1,421 bases of DNA from Naegleria gruberi. Lineage: Eukaryota. The stretch lies in the NCBI GenBank assembly GCA_000004985.1, contig GG739428.1. One strand, given 5' to 3'. Of the stretch, positions 1 through 1,421 are shown piece after piece. The notes under the pieces are model-generated. The model saw only the letters and a list, made by a program, of their open reading frames with translations, was not told the origin of the DNA and searched no databases. The stretch's first letter is position 1. Each line of letters starts with the position of its first letter. The position numbers were made by a program, and so were the translations under genes.

Positions 1-380
1 AATTTGATTATAAATATAGTGACTTTCGGAATTCACTTTTTTTACATTCGATTTAGACGATTTAATGGTAGTATAATTGAGTATACAGGTCTATTATAAA
101 GAATATATTGGGTAGAAACGGGTTAATTTTTTTAATCGATTTTATGCATATATTACAAGAGGAATATAATGTTTTACAGTATTTGGTTATTTTAAAATCG
201 GCTAGAAATGAAGTGAGGACAAAAATTTTAAAAAATTTCAGTCAAAAATATGGTCATATTTATCAGTAAACTATATCTTGTGGATTTATATATTAATAGA
301 TTTTTCGTTTTTGACACCTCTATTGTAAACACTATAAGATTATTTATTTATAGTTATTTCCATATCTACTTTCGAGTTCA
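1..380. other. AT-rich intergenic (non-transcribed?) spacer, about 25% G+C
   Basis: Hand count of 1-60 gives 15/60 G+C. It contains A/T tracts and an A-tract palindrome, aaaattttaaaaaattt, at about 221-238. There is no ORF longer than a few dozen codons and no rRNA- or tRNA-like conservation. Confidence 0.5.
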
Positions 381-410
381 TCGACCCCCCCGAAATGTCT
401 GAACTTCAGT
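360..410 (+). promoter_or_regulatory. Candidate RNA polymerase I core promoter / transcription start region at the AT-to-GC composition boundary (speculative)
   Basis: This is inference only. A sharp boundary (C7 run at 385-391) is followed by the 11-bp palindrome ctgaacttcag (399-409) and aggatcct (430-437), about 870 bp upstream of 18S. Pol I promoters are lineage-specific, so no consensus can be matched by eye. Confidence 0.15.
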
Positions 411-616
411 TCCTAACCTTGCGGACAGCAGGATCCTAAGGGATTACCCTCATCGAGGGTATCAACGCCCTTCGGAGCCCCCAATGGGTCAACCACCCGT
501 TGGGGCCTGCTGTTCACACCGGGGGTCGGTAACCCTCCCCGCCTGATGAAGGGCGGTGGGCACCCCCAGCCCTTGCGGCTGGGAGCCAAGGCAGCGCGTA
601 ACTGCGGGGCGCTGCT

Positions 617-683
617 AACCAACCAACCAAACCTGACCCGCCACCAGCCAACCAGCCCACCAGCCAGCCAACCACCAGCCACG
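617..683. repeat. Low-complexity C/A-rich microsatellite-like tract: (AACC)n followed by degenerate CCAGCC(A/C)A repeats
   Basis: Directly seen: aaccaaccaaccaaacc at 617-633, then ccaccagccaaccagcccaccagccagccaaccaccagccacg at about 641-683. This stretch contains almost no T on the + strand. Confidence 0.7.
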
Positions 684-898
684 CGCCCTCTGGCCCACCC
701 AGGCCACGCGTGCGGTCGAGGCACCCTACAGCCAGCCGGCAGAACCCACGGCCATTCCCACGGCCAACGGTCCAACCCGCTGCCAGTCCTGACCCCAGGG
801 CTGTCCAGGGAGCCTCCCGCGTGTGTGACCCGGGAGCCTAGGAGGGCCCCCCAACCGTCCGGCCCAACCGCTGCCCCTGGGGCCGATTCAGATACCTC

Positions 899-992
899 AA
901 CCGCAGCCTTTTGGGCTGCCCACAGCCAAACCGCAGCCTTTTGGGCTGCCCAGATCCTACCAGCCTACCACCGCAGCCCTTTGGGCTGCCCT
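899..992. repeat. Tandem array of 3 hairpin-forming repeats with core CCGCAGCC(T/C)TTTGGGCTGCCC
   Basis: Directly seen: the core occurs at 901-922, 931-952 and 971-992 (ccgcagccttttgggctgccc twice, then ccgcagccctttgggctgccc). Start-to-start spacing is 30, 30 and 40 bp. Copies 1 and 2 extend to near-identical 30-mers, aaccgcagccttttgggctgccca(c/g)a. Each core is an inverted repeat, GCAGCC-ttttg-GGCTGC, with a 6-bp stem. Confidence 0.8.
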
Positions 993-1060
993 ACCACCAC
1001 AGCCAGCGAAGCCTGGACCGAGGGGAAACCCTTGACCCGGGACGAGCCAGCTGTTTTTCA

Positions 1061-1257
1061 ATATTGATTACCCGCATTAAGCGGGAAACCCTCGCAAGAG
1101 GAACCCCATACCTCAGAGACCCAAACGATTCATTCGTTTAGGCTCAAATCGAGTTCATAATGGCAAACGGATGGATAGCCAGTAGGTGGTGCAAACCAAC
1201 GAACGCTTGAAATCCAACCGGAGCGCAAACAAGGTAAAACTCGTTTTGCTCCAGTGA
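1061..1257 (+). other. 18S-proximal 5' external transcribed spacer (5' ETS)
   Basis: It lies immediately upstream of, and is contiguous with, the mature 18S 5' end at 1258. Composition is mixed and stop codons are present in all frames. It contains a perfect hairpin, cccgc-attaa-gcggg, at 1071-1085. Its function is inferred from position; no transcript data are available. Confidence 0.6.
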
Positions 1258-1421
1258 TACCTGGTTGATCCTGCCAGTACTATATGCTTGTCTCAAAGCC
1301 TAAGCCATGCAAATGTAAGATCAATCATATGCGGTTTCGGCCGTGTATAATGATAGTCTGTGGAAGGCTCATTATAACAGTTATACTCCTAGCCACTGGA
1401 AAGTTTACAAGGATACCACCG
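1258..1421 (+). rRNA. Nuclear small-subunit (18S-type) rRNA gene, 5' end only (partial; the gene continues past the window end)
   Basis: Directly seen: 1258-1278 tacctggttgatcctgccagt is the universal eukaryotic SSU 5' terminus. It is followed by tatgcttgtctcaaag (the U3 box-A pairing region, conserved), gccatgca, ggctcattataacagttat and aaggata. An archaeal SSU would start attccggttgatcctgccgga and a bacterial one agagtttgatcctggctcag, so this is eukaryotic nuclear. Several otherwise conserved positions are substituted, for example agtactatatgc instead of AGTAGTCATATGC and aaagcctaagcc instead of AAAGATTAAGCC. Confidence 0.9.

Larger units (their letters stand above)
381..1060 (+). other. 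GC-rich spacer block (about 70% G+C on sampled lines); probably distal 5' ETS and/or promoter-proximal spacer with repeat elements
   Basis: There is an abrupt composition change at 381-391 (tcgaccccccc) from the AT-rich flank. The + strand is strongly C+A-rich with few T. The block is dense in short inverted repeats, for example taccct-catcg-agggta at 445-461 and ccccaa..ttgggg at 479-505. The overlapping ORFs on both strands are typical of non-coding GC-rich DNA. Confidence 0.4.

Noticed and set aside
60-130. Possible tRNA or other small RNA gene in the AT-rich spacer (ggtagtataattgagtatacaggtctattataaag...)
   Set aside because: No acceptor-stem complementarity, no T-loop GTTCRA motif and no A/B box are visible. 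It is AT-rich spacer with no supportable RNA gene.
617-683. Telomere-like C-strand repeat (CCAACC/CCCCAA-like)
   Set aside because: The units are irregular (AACC, CCAGCC, CCACCAGCC) and there is no consistent telomeric hexamer or heptamer. It is an internal low-complexity tract adjacent to unique sequence.
413-775. 120-aa ORF on the - strand (MDRWPWEWPWVLPAGCRVPRPHAWPGW...)
   Set aside because: It is the antisense of the C/A-rich tract, so its product is G/W/P/R-rich low complexity. It overlaps the + strand ORF and shows no domain-like pattern. It is spurious for the same compositional reason.
899-992. Possible CRISPR-like array (short palindromic repeats separated by short unique spacers)
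   Set aside because: There are only three copies. The spacers are 8-18 bp, far shorter than CRISPR spacers. The context is eukaryotic nuclear rDNA. It is a spacer tandem repeat, not CRISPR.
546-1067. 173-aa ORF on the + strand (MKGGGHPQPLRLGAKAARN...), a possible protein gene
   Set aside because: It lies wholly within the 70% G+C, T-poor block where stop codons (TAA, TAG, TGA) are rare by composition. The product is Pro/Ala/Thr/Gly-rich low complexity. Its TAAFWAA x2 motif simply translates the tandem DNA repeat at 899-958. It is overlapped by an ORF on the opposite strand. It also sits in an rDNA spacer directly upstream of 18S. It is a compositional artefact, not a CDS.
911-1141. 76-aa ORF on the + strand (MGCPQPNRSLLGCPDPTSLPP...)
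   Set aside because: It starts inside the tandem repeat array and runs into the ETS. It is short and low complexity. It lies in a region I interpret as transcribed spacer by position, and I see no reason to call it coding.
372-1158. 10-bp direct repeat tcgagttcat at 372-381 and 1149-1158, sitting near both ends of the GC-rich block (a possible target-site duplication of an inserted element)
   Set aside because: By my rough estimate about one identical 10-mer pair is expected by chance in 1.4 kb. The copies are not positioned symmetrically at the composition boundaries (381 and about 1060). No terminal inverted repeats are visible inside them. I treat it as coincidence, but it would gain interest if the GC-rich block proved to be an insertion.
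1258-1421. Prokaryotic 16S or organellar SSU instead of nuclear 18S
   Set aside because: The 5' terminus tacctggttgatcctgccag is diagnostic of eukaryotic nuclear SSU. A bacterial or organellar SSU would start agagtttgatc(c/a)tggctcag, and an archaeal one attccggttgatcctgccgga.

Overview
This window is the upstream end of a eukaryotic nuclear rDNA unit on the + strand, and I see no protein-coding gene in it. Positions 1258-1421 are the 5' end of a small-subunit (18S-type) rRNA gene, with the canonical start TACCTGGTTGATCCTGCCAGT, the conserved GCTTGTCTCAAAG box and GGCTCATTATAACAGTTAT. Outside those conserved blocks the sequence is noticeably divergent, which points to a fast-evolving or deep-branching protist-like lineage that I cannot name without a database search. 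Upstream there are three compositionally distinct spacer blocks. Positions 1-380 are an AT-rich spacer of about 25% G+C by hand count. Positions 381-1060 are an abrupt GC-rich block of about 70% G+C that opens with a C7 run. It has strong C+A strand bias, low-complexity AACC/CCAGCC tracts, many small hairpins, and three tandem copies of a 22-nt hairpin-forming element at 899-992. Positions 1061-1257 are a mixed-composition 18S-proximal 5' ETS with a perfect 5-bp hairpin and a duplicated 10-mer. The three ORFs in the six-frame track all fall in the GC-rich, low-complexity spacer. They overlap on both strands and encode Pro/Ala/Gly/Trp-rich peptides, so I treat them as compositional artefacts. 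What is worth a second look is regulatory and RNA-level rather than a new protein system: the tandem hairpin repeats, the sharp AT/GC boundary that may be a Pol I promoter or start site, and the unusual 18S 5' end.
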